Origin: Candidatus Omnitrophota bacterium
Lineage (GTDB): Bacteria > Omnitrophota > Gorgyraeia > JAGLLT01
Assembly (NCBI GenBank): GCA_030632085.1
Contig: DAOVJY010000002.1
Coordinates: 13,325 to 77,324, forward strand
Direction of reading: 5' to 3'
DNA: 64,000 bases
Shown: positions 19,311-28,021 of the stretch, one piece after another
Position numbering within the stretch: the first letter of the stretch is position 1
Layout: the number at the start of each line of letters is the position of its first letter
The notes under the pieces: model-generated
Seen by the model: the letters and a program-made list of their open reading frames with translations, nothing else
What the model was told of the DNA's origin: nothing
Database searches by the model: none
Position numbers and translations under genes: made by a program

Positions 19311-20204
19311 ATGCAGGCTCTTATGAAAGTTGAGCTTGAGGGCCTCAAGCTCTTTAAGAGGGGAAAGGTAAGAGATATTTATGATTTAGATGACGCTCTT
19401 CTATTTGTGGCCAGTGATAGGATATCGGCCTTTGATGTGGTCATGCCTAACGGTATTCCGGATAAAGGCAAGGTTCTTACTCAGATATCAGTGTTCTGGT
19501 TTGAATATACTAAAGATTTAATTGATAATCATATTATCGCGACTGATATTGATAGGATAATTGATTATGATAAACGACTAGAGCCTTACAGAAATATATT
19601 GGACAAGCGGTCAATGTTGGTTAAAAAGACGGAACCTTTGAGTGTTGAGTGTGTAGTTAGAGGTTATTTGGCCGGTTCCGGCTGGAAGGACTATAAGAAG
19701 AGCCGGAGTATTAACGGCATAAAGCTTCCCGAGGGCTTAAAAGAGTCGGATAAATTGCCTGAAGTAATATTTACACCTTCAACTAAAGCGGAAACAGGGC
19801 ATGATGAAGCCATAAACGAAGAACAAACTAAAAAATTAATAGGAGCTGAGTCCTTTGAATTTGTAAGCTCTAAGAGTATTGAGATATATAAAAAAGCGGA
19901 CGACTTTGCGCGCTCTAAAGGGATAATTATCGCGGATACTAAATTTGAATTTGGTAAATTAGGTGATAAATTAATTTTAATAGATGAAATTTTTACTCCT
20001 GATTCATCTCGTTTCTGGCCTCTGGATGATTATGAGCCCGGTAGGAGCCAAAAAAGTTTCGATAAACAATTTACCAGAGATTACCTGGATACGTTAGATT
20101 GGGATAAAATGCCCCCGGGCCCTGTTTTGCCTGAGAAAATAGTTACGAAAACAAGGGAAAAATACCTTTTAATTCTTCAAATGATTACGGGAAAAACCCT
20201 TTAA
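19311..20204 (+). CDS. purC: phosphoribosylaminoimidazole-succinocarboxamide synthase (long form)
   Basis: 297 aa. [25 protein letters not shown] is the SAICAR synthetase signature. Confidence 0.93.
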   Translation: MQALMKVELEGLKLFKRGKVRDIYDLDDALLFVASDRISAFDVVMPNGIPDKGKVLTQISVFWFEYTKDLIDNHIIATDIDRIIDYDKRLEPYRNILDKRSMLVKKTEPLSVECVVRGYLAGSGWKDYKKSRSINGIKLPEGLKESDKLPEVIFTPSTKAETGHDEAINEEQTKKLIGAESFEFVSSKSIEIYKKADDFARSKGIIIADTKFEFGKLGDKLILIDEIFTPDSSRFWPLDDYEPGRSQKSFDKQFTRDYLDTLDWDKMPPGPVLPEKIVTKTREKYLLILQMITGKTL

Positions 20205-20296
20205 ATTATCACTATCGATTTATTTCAAATAGCAGTTTTTTTATGGTAAACTTATAAAAAGGTTGTTTTGTTGCGAGTTTATTCGGAGGTGAAAAG

Positions 20297-20989
20297 ATGA
20301 GAGTTATTATAGTTGGTATGGGTAGTATTGGCACCCAGTTAGCTAAAGATTTATGCCAGAGAATTAAAATGGAGTTGGTGTTAATAGATGCCAATGAAGA
20401 AAAATGTGAAGATCTTTCAAGGGATTTTGATGCTTTGGTTTTGCATGGTGACGGTACGGAGCTGGAGCTTTTAAATAAAGCTGACGCCAGGAAGGCTGAC
20501 GCTTTAGTAGCTACAACCGAGTCAGATGCCCTTAATACTGTAGTCGGCATGATGGCCAAGAAACTTAATGTGCCCAAAATTGTGGTTAAATTAAATGATA
20601 TTAACTTAAGAACAGCTTGTAAAGAAATAGGTATTGATTATATTATTTCGCCTACTATTTCAGCGGCAACCGAAATATCCAGCATACTGCACGGATATGA
20701 TATATTAGATTTTTCGCTTTTAATCAGAGGCGGGACCAGACTCATAGAATTAAGCCCGGGGGATACAGCCGGTAAAAAAATTAAAGATATTAATTTACCG
20801 GAAGGGTCTCTTATTATTTCTATTATCAGAGAAAATTCAGCTGTGGTTCCTGAAGGTAAATCTGAAATATTGGAAGATGATATACTCCTAATTCTTGCTG
20901 AAAGCGAAAAAGTGCTTGAAGAGCTTAAAGATATTTTCGGTGAATTAAAGAAAGCAAGAAGAACAAAAGAGAATCATCAAAAATTTTAA
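20297..20989 (+). CDS. trkA: Trk potassium uptake NAD-binding subunit
   Basis: 230 aa. N-terminal IIVGMGSIG Rossmann fold plus TrkA-C domain. Confidence 0.85.
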   Translation: MRVIIVGMGSIGTQLAKDLCQRIKMELVLIDANEEKCEDLSRDFDALVLHGDGTELELLNKADARKADALVATTESDALNTVVGMMAKKLNVPKIVVKLNDINLRTACKEIGIDYIISPTISAATEISSILHGYDILDFSLLIRGGTRLIELSPGDTAGKKIKDINLPEGSLIISIIRENSAVVPEGKSEILEDDILLILAESEKVLEELKDIFGELKKARRTKENHQKF

Positions 20990-20995
20990 AGATAT

Positions 20996-22459
20996 ATGCT
21001 AAGAAAATATATTAAGCCCATAGACTTTAAGTTGGTCTTTTTTTATCTGGCGGAGCTGGTAGGTATTTTGGGCTTTATTTTAATCATCCCTTTTGCCGTC
21101 TCTTTATTCTTCAGAGAATTTTCTATGGCTTTTTTGCTGGGCTTTATGATGCTGGTATTTTACGTGATAGGTTTCACGGGCAGGAAATTCCAGCTGGTTT
21201 ATAAAAGAAAACCTATCTTAAGGGACGCTCTTATTGTTACCGCTTTAGTATACCTTGTATATAGCTTTTTGGGCGGCCTGGCTTTTATTCTCGTTCCCGG
21301 GCACGGGTATATGGATGGTGTTTTTGAGGTTATGTCGGGCTTGACGACTACAGGCCTTACTATGTATAATCCGGAAAGCTTACCCAGGACTTTGGTTTTT
21401 TTTCGTTCGTATACGCAGTGGTTGGGCGGTTTGGGAATTATTATCATTTCTTTAGCTCTTCTTTTTAGGCCGGGGGGAGCACCTTTTAAACTTTATACCT
21501 CCGAGTTTGGCGAAGAAAATATTATTGGCAGCGTTGTCAAAACATCGAGAACGGTTATTAAGATATATGCCATATTAACCGCCTGCGGGTTTATAGGGTT
21601 TTTAGCGGCCGGCATGGGTTTATATGACGGGCTTATTCATATCATGAGCGCCATTTCTACCGGCGGGTTTTCTGTTTATAGCGATTCTATAGGCTATTAT
21701 AGCAATCCGGTAATCAGCATGACTGTTTGTTTGGTTATGTTTTTAGGTGCGGTTAGTTTCCCCTTGTATTATAAAGTAATCAAAGGGGGGTTAGGAAACT
21801 TTTTTAAAGATGTCCAGGTAAGAGCTCTTTTTGTAATTATTATTCTTTCCTCTATCTTGTTTTTCTTAAGTTTTGGATTTTATTATAAAAACATAGTTCC
21901 GGCTATATTTCAGAGTGTAACCTCGATTACCCAAACCGGTTTTAATACAGTTGGTACCGCGGCTTTATGTGATAAAAGTAAGTATGTAACTATTCTTTTG
22001 ATGATTGTCGGTGGAAGTACGTGTTCCACTACCGGTGGTATTAAAATTTTAAGGTTTATTATCCTTTTAAGCTCTTTAAGATGGCTGGTCTGGAAGAACT
22101 CTTTACCCGAAGAGTCTAAAATATGCCTTAAGGTGGCCGGTGTTGAAATATCTTCAAATACTCTCAGCGTGGTCATGGGCCTGGTTACGGCTTATATGCT
22201 TATTTTATTTTTCTCAACCATAGCCCTTATGTATATTGAAGATTTCAGCTTTGTAGATTCATTTTTTGAAGTAGCCTCCGCTCAGGGCACCGTTGGCCTC
22301 TCCGTTGGTATTACCAGGCCCAGCATGCATTTTCTTGGTAAAATACTTTTTATCTTTAATATGTGGGTAGGCCGTCTTGAAATTATTCCGGTTTTGATTT
22401 TATTATCTCCTATGACCTGGCTTAAGAGCGCCAAAAAACAAGAGCGCCCCGAAATATAG
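20996..22459 (+). CDS. trkH: Trk/Ktr potassium transporter membrane subunit
   Basis: 487 aa polytopic membrane protein with repeated selectivity-filter-like GLTTTG, STGGFS and TQTGFN motifs. Confidence 0.88.
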   Translation: MLRKYIKPIDFKLVFFYLAELVGILGFILIIPFAVSLFFREFSMAFLLGFMMLVFYVIGFTGRKFQLVYKRKPILRDALIVTALVYLVYSFLGGLAFILVPGHGYMDGVFEVMSGLTTTGLTMYNPESLPRTLVFFRSYTQWLGGLGIIIISLALLFRPGGAPFKLYTSEFGEENIIGSVVKTSRTVIKIYAILTACGFIGFLAAGMGLYDGLIHIMSAISTGGFSVYSDSIGYYSNPVISMTVCLVMFLGAVSFPLYYKVIKGGLGNFFKDVQVRALFVIIILSSILFFLSFGFYYKNIVPAIFQSVTSITQTGFNTVGTAALCDKSKYVTILLMIVGGSTCSTTGGIKILRFIILLSSLRWLVWKNSLPEESKICLKVAGVEISSNTLSVVMGLVTAYMLILFFSTIALMYIEDFSFVDSFFEVASAQGTVGLSVGITRPSMHFLGKILFIFNMWVGRLEIIPVLILLSPMTWLKSAKKQERPEI

Positions 22460-22473
22460 GTAGTTGATATTTT

Positions 22474-23388
22474 ATGAATAATAATAAAACTTCAAATAAT
22501 TTTTACGCTTTAGGCAAGCGCGGGGCCTGGGTAGGTATAATCGGCAATGTTTTCTTATCTTTTATTAAAATTCTAGCCGGTATCTTAGGTAAAAGTTATA
22601 GCCTTGTTTCCGACGGACTTCATTCTTTATCCGACATTACCTCATCTTTAGCTGTTTTATTTGGGATGATTGTAGCCGCTAAGCCTAAGGACAAAAGGCA
22701 TCCATACGGCCACGGCAAAGCTGAGTCAATTACTTCACTTACAATGGCGGTTATGTTAATCATTTTTGGTTTAATGCTCGGCTATAAAGTTATTTTTTCA
22801 TATTTTAGGAGTGCAATATTTATAGAACCCGCTTCTTATACACTCTGGATAGCTGTTTTTTCGGTTGTGGCGAAGGAAACTATGTATCGTTATAAGATAT
22901 GTTTGGGAAAGAGAATAAAAAGTACTTCTTTAATTGCTGATGCCTGGCATCATAGATCAGATGCTTTTTCTTCAGCTGTAGTTGTTATAGCTTTAGTGCT
23001 TACAATTTATGGTGGCGAAAGATGGGCCTTTATGGACCGACTGGGAGCTTTGATTGTCTCCGTCATGATTTTATATATAGGCATTAAAATATATCTAAGA
23101 GCTTCCTCGGAACTTATGGATGAAAGTGTTGACCTTGAGATAAAAAGAGAAGTTAAAAAACTTGCTTCAACTATTAAAGAAGTAAAGTATATAGAAACGC
23201 TTTTAGTTAGAAAGGCGGGATTAGATTTTTTAGTTGATATACATATAGAGGTTGACGCTAATCTCAATGTTTTAGAATCCCACGGTATTGCCAAGCTGGT
23301 AAAAAGTAAAATACTGCAAGAAATGCCGCGAGTAAAATCTGTTTTGGTCCATGTTGAGCCATACGAAGCAAAAGGAGGTAAGAAATGA
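22474..23388 (+). CDS. cation diffusion facilitator family transporter
   Basis: 304 aa. Six TM segments with HSLSD and ADAWHHRSD metal-site motifs and a C-terminal cytoplasmic domain. Confidence 0.88.
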   Translation: MNNNKTSNNFYALGKRGAWVGIIGNVFLSFIKILAGILGKSYSLVSDGLHSLSDITSSLAVLFGMIVAAKPKDKRHPYGHGKAESITSLTMAVMLIIFGLMLGYKVIFSYFRSAIFIEPASYTLWIAVFSVVAKETMYRYKICLGKRIKSTSLIADAWHHRSDAFSSAVVVIALVLTIYGGERWAFMDRLGALIVSVMILYIGIKIYLRASSELMDESVDLEIKREVKKLASTIKEVKYIETLLVRKAGLDFLVDIHIEVDANLNVLESHGIAKLVKSKILQEMPRVKSVLVHVEPYEAKGGKK

Positions 23389-23750
23389 AATTTCTAATTT
23401 TCATGAGCTTATACTTTATAGTGATGGGGGTAATTATGATTTTATTTCCCGGGAAGCTTAAGAAAAAATTCAGCTATTTATTGTCTTGGAAAAGCTATAA
23501 GCCCCTGGGAGCGGTTGCCGCCTTAGTGGGCCTTATCCTTTTTATTGTTAGCGGCAACAGTAAAATGGGGCTTTTTGTAGTCCTGATAGGTATTTTATCA
23601 TTAACTAAAGGTTTATTTTTTATATTTGCCGCTCACGATAAAGCCAAATTTATTATTAATTGGAGCGCGTCATTAACAGATGATTATTATCGCGTCTGGG
23701 GTGTGATTGTTTTTGCTATGGGTATGTTTCTAATTTTCTCCGTTGTATAA
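23385..23750 (+). CDS. small hypothetical membrane protein (3-4 TM helices)
   Basis: 121 aa, hydrophobic. Overlaps the CDF gene stop by 4 nt. Confidence 0.45.
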   Translation: MKFLIFMSLYFIVMGVIMILFPGKLKKKFSYLLSWKSYKPLGAVAALVGLILFIVSGNSKMGLFVVLIGILSLTKGLFFIFAAHDKAKFIINWSASLTDDYYRVWGVIVFAMGMFLIFSVV

Positions 23751-23774
23751 TCTAAAAAAAATTATTAAAAAAAC

Positions 23775-23803
23775 TTGACGGAACTGCTATCTTCGTGTAT
23801 TAT
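23775..23803 (+). promoter_or_regulatory. sigma70-like promoter upstream of the fur-family gene
   Basis: TTGACG, 17 nt, TATTAT. The AT-rich tattattgttaatgg segment overlaps it and is a possible weak Fur-box-like site. Confidence 0.35.
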
Positions 23804-23839
23804 TGTTAATGGAAGTCATTTTCAATAAGGAGATTATTT

Positions 23840-24286
23840 ATGCGTGGGCATGGCAGATGGTTTCATGGAAGAATTAGAGGGTGCGGTTATCGCTTGACGC
23901 TTCCCCGGATGAAAATAATTGAGGTGTTGAATTCATCAAACGGCCATTTAAGCGCTGAAGACGTATTTGTGAAGGTTCACCGGATATATCCGGCTGTAGG
24001 TTTGACAACAGTTTATAGAACGCTGGAAATGTTGGTTGCTTCCGGCATTGTTGTTAAAATAGACGCGGGTGATGGTAAAGCGCGTTATAAGTTTAAAAAA
24101 ACTCTCGAAGAAGAGCCTCATTTTCACTTAATATGTAAAAAGTGCGGCAATATCATTGATGTTAAAGCTGATAAAGAGTTGGAAAAGAATATTCATAGGG
24201 CAAAAGAGGAATATATAAAAAGATATAGATTTAAAGTGGATAATCCGCAACTCCGTTTTTATGGATATTGCGAAAGTTGTAAATAA
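23840..24286 (+). CDS. fur: Fur-family metalloregulator (Fur/Zur/PerR)
   Basis: 148 aa. RLTLPRMKIIEVL...HLSAEDVF...GLTTVYRTLEMLVASGIV is the Fur DNA-binding domain. HFHLICKKCGNIIDV and the C-terminal CESCK are the structural Zn sites. Confidence 0.85.
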   Translation: MRGHGRWFHGRIRGCGYRLTLPRMKIIEVLNSSNGHLSAEDVFVKVHRIYPAVGLTTVYRTLEMLVASGIVVKIDAGDGKARYKFKKTLEEEPHFHLICKKCGNIIDVKADKELEKNIHRAKEEYIKRYRFKVDNPQLRFYGYCESCK

Positions 24287-24301
24287 GAAGGAGGTTTAGT
24301 T

Positions 24302-24634
24302 ATGCCAAGAGGAGATGGAACAGGCCCTAATAATCAGGGTCCGATGACAGGGAGAGGAATGGGTTATTGTGCCGGTTATGCAGTTCCGGGTTATGGTCAG
24401 GGCAGAGGCATGGGTTTAGGCCGTGGTTTTAGAGGTAGATTTTTTAGGGGAGCAATGCCCTATGGAGGCAGAGGCTGGGGTTATAATGCCTGGGTAGATA
24501 CTCCCTATGGCCCTATGATGCAGGCTTCCGCTAATCCTACGCCTGAAGAAGAAAAGGTCTTTTTAAAAGATCAGGCTAAAATGATGGAAGACGAACTAAA
24601 AGCCATAAAACAGCGTTTGTCTGAAATTAAATAA
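24302..24634 (+). CDS. DUF5320-like Gly/Arg/aromatic-rich protein
   Basis: 110 aa. MPRGDGTGPNNQGPMTGRGMGYCAGYAVPGYGQGRG..., with a C-terminal coiled-coil-like segment (EEEKVFLKDQAKMMEDELKAIKQRLSEIK). Confidence 0.6.
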   Translation: MPRGDGTGPNNQGPMTGRGMGYCAGYAVPGYGQGRGMGLGRGFRGRFFRGAMPYGGRGWGYNAWVDTPYGPMMQASANPTPEEEKVFLKDQAKMMEDELKAIKQRLSEIK

Positions 24635-24662
24635 GGCTTTTAATTTAAAGTGGAGAAAAGTT

Positions 24663-25052
24663 ATGAAAACAGTTATTTCAACTGAAGATGGGCAGGTTGC
24701 TGAGCATTTTGGCCGCTGCCCGCAGTTTACTGTTATAGAGTATACTGAGGGTAAATTGATTAAAGAAGAGGTGATTGCTAATCCCGGCCATCATCCGGGA
24801 TATCTACCGGCTTTTTTTAAAAAAATGCAGGTAGATAGTATTATCTGCGGCGGGATGGGCCAAAGAGCTAAAATGCTTTTTGATGAAGCTCAGATAAAAA
24901 CTATTACCGGAATAAGCGGGAGTATTAAAGAAGCAACGGATAGGCTCCTTAAAGGTGAGCTGAAACCATTAGATAATGTTTGTGATCCCGGAGCCGGTAA
25001 AGGCTACGGTGTGGAAAAAACTGAGTGTGAGCATGAAGAGTCGGGGGAATAA
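24663..25052 (+). CDS. NifX/NafY-like dinitrogenase FeMo-cofactor family (DUF134, PF02579) protein
   Basis: 129 aa. MKTVISTEDGQVAEHFGRCPQFTVIEY is the typical N-terminus of PF02579 proteins. Confidence 0.75.
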   Translation: MKTVISTEDGQVAEHFGRCPQFTVIEYTEGKLIKEEVIANPGHHPGYLPAFFKKMQVDSIICGGMGQRAKMLFDEAQIKTITGISGSIKEATDRLLKGELKPLDNVCDPGAGKGYGVEKTECEHEESGE

Positions 25053-25087
25053 AGGGAAGGAAGTTAATTCGGGCAAATAAATTTAAT

Positions 25088-25191
25088 ATCCCGCATTTCG
25101 CTAAAGCTCAAAGTTGCGGGATTTAATTCGGCCATATGATTTATGAGCACTATAGTTCCATAAATCATGGCCTCATTAAAGGAGGAGAAAG
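25088..25191 (+). promoter_or_regulatory. conserved 5' leader module (hairpins, TTAATTC, anti-SD CCTC-ATTAAAGGAGG)
   Basis: Hairpin atcccgca-N19-tgcgggat (25088-25122). ttaattc at 25123-29. Hairpin atgatttatg...cataaatcat (25136-25168). ggcctcattaaaggagg (25169-85) in which CCTC can pair with the SD GAGG. ATG at 25192. Confidence 0.5.
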
Positions 25192-25566
25192 ATGAAAGTA
25201 TGCTTAAGTTCTACGGGTGATAATTTAGATGCCCAAATAGATACACGCTTCGGCCGCTGCCGTTATTTTCTTTTTATCGACACTGATGGCATGGAAGTTG
25301 AGGCGATGGATAATGCTAATATTGCCTCGGCAGGCGGAGCCGGCATCAGGTCAGCCCAGTTGGTAGCTGATAAAGGGGCAGAAGTTCTTATAACCGGTAA
25401 TGTAGGCCCTAACGCCTTTGATGTTTTAAGTGCCGCCGGTATTAAAATTTATAGCGGCGCATCCGGCAGCATTAAAGACGCTTTAGAAAAATTGAAAACA
25501 GGTGGATTGAATGAGACCGGCGGCCCGGATGTAGGAAGTAAATTTGGTTTCGGAGGCGGCAAGTAA
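25192..25566 (+). CDS. second NifX/NafY-like DUF134 (PF02579) protein
   Basis: 124 aa. MKVCLSSTGDNLDAQIDTRFGRCRYFLFIDTDG, with a Gly-rich tail. Confidence 0.75.
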   Translation: MKVCLSSTGDNLDAQIDTRFGRCRYFLFIDTDGMEVEAMDNANIASAGGAGIRSAQLVADKGAEVLITGNVGPNAFDVLSAAGIKIYSGASGSIKDALEKLKTGGLNETGGPDVGSKFGFGGGK

Positions 25567-26169
25567 TTGGATATCAAAGCTGAAGAAAACCATAAGCGAT
25601 ATTTAGAAAGACTGGAGAAATCCAGGAGTTTTGGTTACGACCATTTAAAAATTCGCCATGGGATATTAAAAGAAGTACTGCCTTTAAAAGGAGTTATCGC
25701 AGACGTTGGTGCCGGCAAAGGCCATATGAGTCTGGCTTTAGCCAGCGCCGGTTATAATATTGACAGTATTGATATATCTTCTGAAGAACAGGAATTTGCT
25801 AAATTAAATTTGGCTTATTATAGGGTAATCGAGAGGGTAAAATTTCACATTGCTGATGCTGTGAACCTTTTTTATAAAGATAATTCTGTTGATTATATCT
25901 TCTGTGTTTGTGTAATGCACCATATTCAAAATTATAAAAAAGTAATTAATGAATTTTTTAGAATTATAAAACCAAAAGGAAAAATAATTATATCTGATTT
26001 TTCCATTAAGGGCCTGGAGCTTATCGCTCAAATGCATCAATCAGAAAATAGAGTTCACGAAACTACTATCGATAGCTTGAAGGTTGTTGAAGATTATTTA
26101 AATGAACAAAATAAACAGTTTAAGAAATTAAATCAGGATCATCAAGATACTTTAATAATTACTTCTTAA
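25567..26169 (+). CDS. class I SAM-dependent methyltransferase
   Basis: 200 aa. ADVGAGKGHMSLALASAG (motif I) and VDYIFCVCVMHH (motif II/III). Apparent TTG start. Confidence 0.7.
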   Translation: MDIKAEENHKRYLERLEKSRSFGYDHLKIRHGILKEVLPLKGVIADVGAGKGHMSLALASAGYNIDSIDISSEEQEFAKLNLAYYRVIERVKFHIADAVNLFYKDNSVDYIFCVCVMHHIQNYKKVINEFFRIIKPKGKIIISDFSIKGLELIAQMHQSENRVHETTIDSLKVVEDYLNEQNKQFKKLNQDHQDTLIITS

Positions 26170-26196
26170 GAAAAATATTATAAGGAGGCGATTTAA

Positions 26197-26427
26197 ATGC
26201 CATTTGGAGACGGTACAGGGCCAGGAGGCCAGGGAGCAGGTAGAGGAAGAGGAGCAGGTAGAGGCGGCGGTAGAGGCCGTATGGGTGGTAACAAGCCCGG
26301 CGCGGGGCCGAGCGGATATTGTGTCTGCCCAAATTCTAAATGTGATGGTAAACTTGTTCATCAAGCGGGTATACCATGTTATGAACTAACTTGTCCTAAA
26401 TGCGGGGCACGCATGGTAAGAGGATAA
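26197..26427 (+). CDS. DUF5320-like Gly/Arg-rich protein with C-terminal zinc ribbon
   Basis: 76 aa. MPFGDGTGPGGQGAGRGRGAGRGGGRGR... followed by CVCPNSKC...CPKCG. Confidence 0.5.
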   Translation: MPFGDGTGPGGQGAGRGRGAGRGGGRGRMGGNKPGAGPSGYCVCPNSKCDGKLVHQAGIPCYELTCPKCGARMVRG

Positions 26428-26671
26428 TTTCCGGGACTAAATCTTCGGAATTTCACAGCGTGAAATTCCAGAGGGTCTGACAATTTTGCGACTCTCGGCG
26501 GAATTAATTCATCCTGCCATTATGGAACTCATTAAGGAAATCAATAGACTCCTCGCTTAAATAAAGGTAAATTTTCTTCGACAATTTACCTTTAAGCTTC
26601 GGAGTTAATTCTGGTCTATCATTTACAACAATGAAGTTGGTGTAAATGATGCCCTCATTAAGGAGAGGTAA
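26428..26671 (+). promoter_or_regulatory. long structured leader: degenerate module copy, then palindrome AAAGGTAAATT-N9-AATTTACCTTT, TTAATTC, hairpin and anti-SD/SD
   Basis: Perfect palindrome GGAATTTCAC-AGC-GTGAAATTCC at 26445-26467. 11-bp perfect inverted repeat at 26563-26593 (spacer ttcttcgac). ttaattc at 26605-11. Hairpin 26618-26650. gccctcattaaggag at 26651-65. ATG at 26672. Confidence 0.5.
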
Positions 26672-28015
26672 ATGAAAAAGACGGATGTTTTGGTTGTTGG
26701 AGGAGGCCCGGCTGGCATTATAAGCGCGGTTACAGCCCGCAGGTATTATCCGGAAAAGGAAGTCAAACTGATTAAATCGGTAGATAAAGGAGTTATTCCC
26801 TGCGCCATACCTTATATGTTTTACAGTTTGAAAAGTCTTAAAGAAAATGCCCAGGGCAACGCGCCTCTTGAAAAGAATAATGTTGAAGTAATAGTTGATG
26901 AAGTTACAAAAATATCACCTGATAAAAAGTGTGTTACAACTAAAAAGGGAGAAGAGTATCAGTATGACAAGTTAATAATGGCGATGGGTTCAGAGCCCGT
27001 TATTCCTCCTATCTCCGGAGCGGACAAAGAGAACGTCTTTGCTATCTATAAAGATATGGAATACTTAGAAAAGCTTGCTGAGAAAATAAAAGGGTTTGAG
27101 AATGTGCTTATTGTGGGGGGAGGATTTATCGGAATAGAGTTTGCTGATGAACTGTCCTGCCGTAAAGAGTTTAACGTATCTTTAGTAGAGATGCTGCCTT
27201 CTATTTTGAGCCAGTCTTTTGATGCTGAATTTTCTGCTCCAGTCAAGGAAAGGCTGGAAAAAAAGGGCGTGAAGCTGTTAACAGGTGTAGTTTTAGAGGA
27301 AATTTTGGGTGAAGAAAAAGTTGAGGGAGTTAGATTATCAGGTAATAAAAAAATAGACGTAGATTGCGTTATTTTTGGTATTGGGGCTTCGCCCAACACT
27401 AAAGTAGCTCAGGAAGCTGGAATAGTTATAAATAAAGGCAAGGGAGTATGGGTTGATGAGTATATGAGGACGTCAGAGCCGGATATTTTTGCCGTTGGCG
27501 ACTGTGCCGGCAAAAGAGATTTCTTTACCCGTAAGGGGACGGCGATTTTACTTGCCTCAACAGCTACGGCAGAAGCTAGAATCGCGGGCGCCAGCTTATA
27601 TAAGTTAAAGTTGATTAGGGAGAATAAAGGGACCATTGCCATTTATTCCACCCGTATTGACGGCCTGGTTTTAGGGTCGGCGGGGATGACTGAAGATAGC
27701 GCTAAGAAGGAAGGGTTTGAAGTTGTAACCGGCCTGGTAGAAGGTGTTGATAAACATCCCGGGACTATGCCCGAGGCAAGCAAACTAATGGTTAAGCTTA
27801 TCTTTTCAAAGCAGTCGGGAATTATTTTGGGAGGACAGGTTGCCGGAGGTATGAGCTGCGGTGAGCTGATAAATGTTATCGGGGTTGCTATACAGCAAAG
27901 AGTTTCCTTGAATGAATTTGAAACTTTGCAGATGGCTACTCATCCATGTCTGACCGCGGCTCCCACAAAATATCCTTTAATCATCGCGGCCCAGAATGCT
28001 TCAAGTAAGATGTAA
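26672..28015 (+). CDS. FAD-dependent pyridine nucleotide-disulfide oxidoreductase, NADH oxidase/CoA-disulfide reductase family
   Basis: 447 aa. VLVVGGGPAGI FAD motif, redox Cys in GVIPCAIPY (the Nox/CoADR SxxxC-xxPY region), a second Rossmann fold VLIVGGGFIGIEFA, and GDCAG. Confidence 0.85.
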   Translation: MKKTDVLVVGGGPAGIISAVTARRYYPEKEVKLIKSVDKGVIPCAIPYMFYSLKSLKENAQGNAPLEKNNVEVIVDEVTKISPDKKCVTTKKGEEYQYDKLIMAMGSEPVIPPISGADKENVFAIYKDMEYLEKLAEKIKGFENVLIVGGGFIGIEFADELSCRKEFNVSLVEMLPSILSQSFDAEFSAPVKERLEKKGVKLLTGVVLEEILGEEKVEGVRLSGNKKIDVDCVIFGIGASPNTKVAQEAGIVINKGKGVWVDEYMRTSEPDIFAVGDCAGKRDFFTRKGTAILLASTATAEARIAGASLYKLKLIRENKGTIAIYSTRIDGLVLGSAGMTEDSAKKEGFEVVTGLVEGVDKHPGTMPEASKLMVKLIFSKQSGIILGGQVAGGMSCGELINVIGVAIQQRVSLNEFETLQMATHPCLTAAPTKYPLIIAAQNASSKM

Positions 28016-28021
28016 GTATTT

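Noticed and set aside
20212-20577. 121-aa minus-strand ORF overlapping the trkA start
   Set aside because: It is Ser/Ala-rich and antisense to the trkA N-terminal Rossmann region, with no RBS or homolog signature.
23840-23908. Shorter Fur start at the internal Met (MKIIEVL, nt 23909)
   Set aside because: The upstream residues GYRLTLPRMKIIEVL align with the conserved Fur N-terminal helix (GLKVTLPRLKILEVL in E. coli Fur), so the longer ORF is preferred.
26152-26427. Alternative-frame ORFs (26152-26364 minus, 26204-26389 plus) over the Gly/Arg-rich gene
   Set aside because: They are artefacts of the GC-rich GGN/CGN codon run. The MPFGDGTGP frame has the RBS and paralog support.
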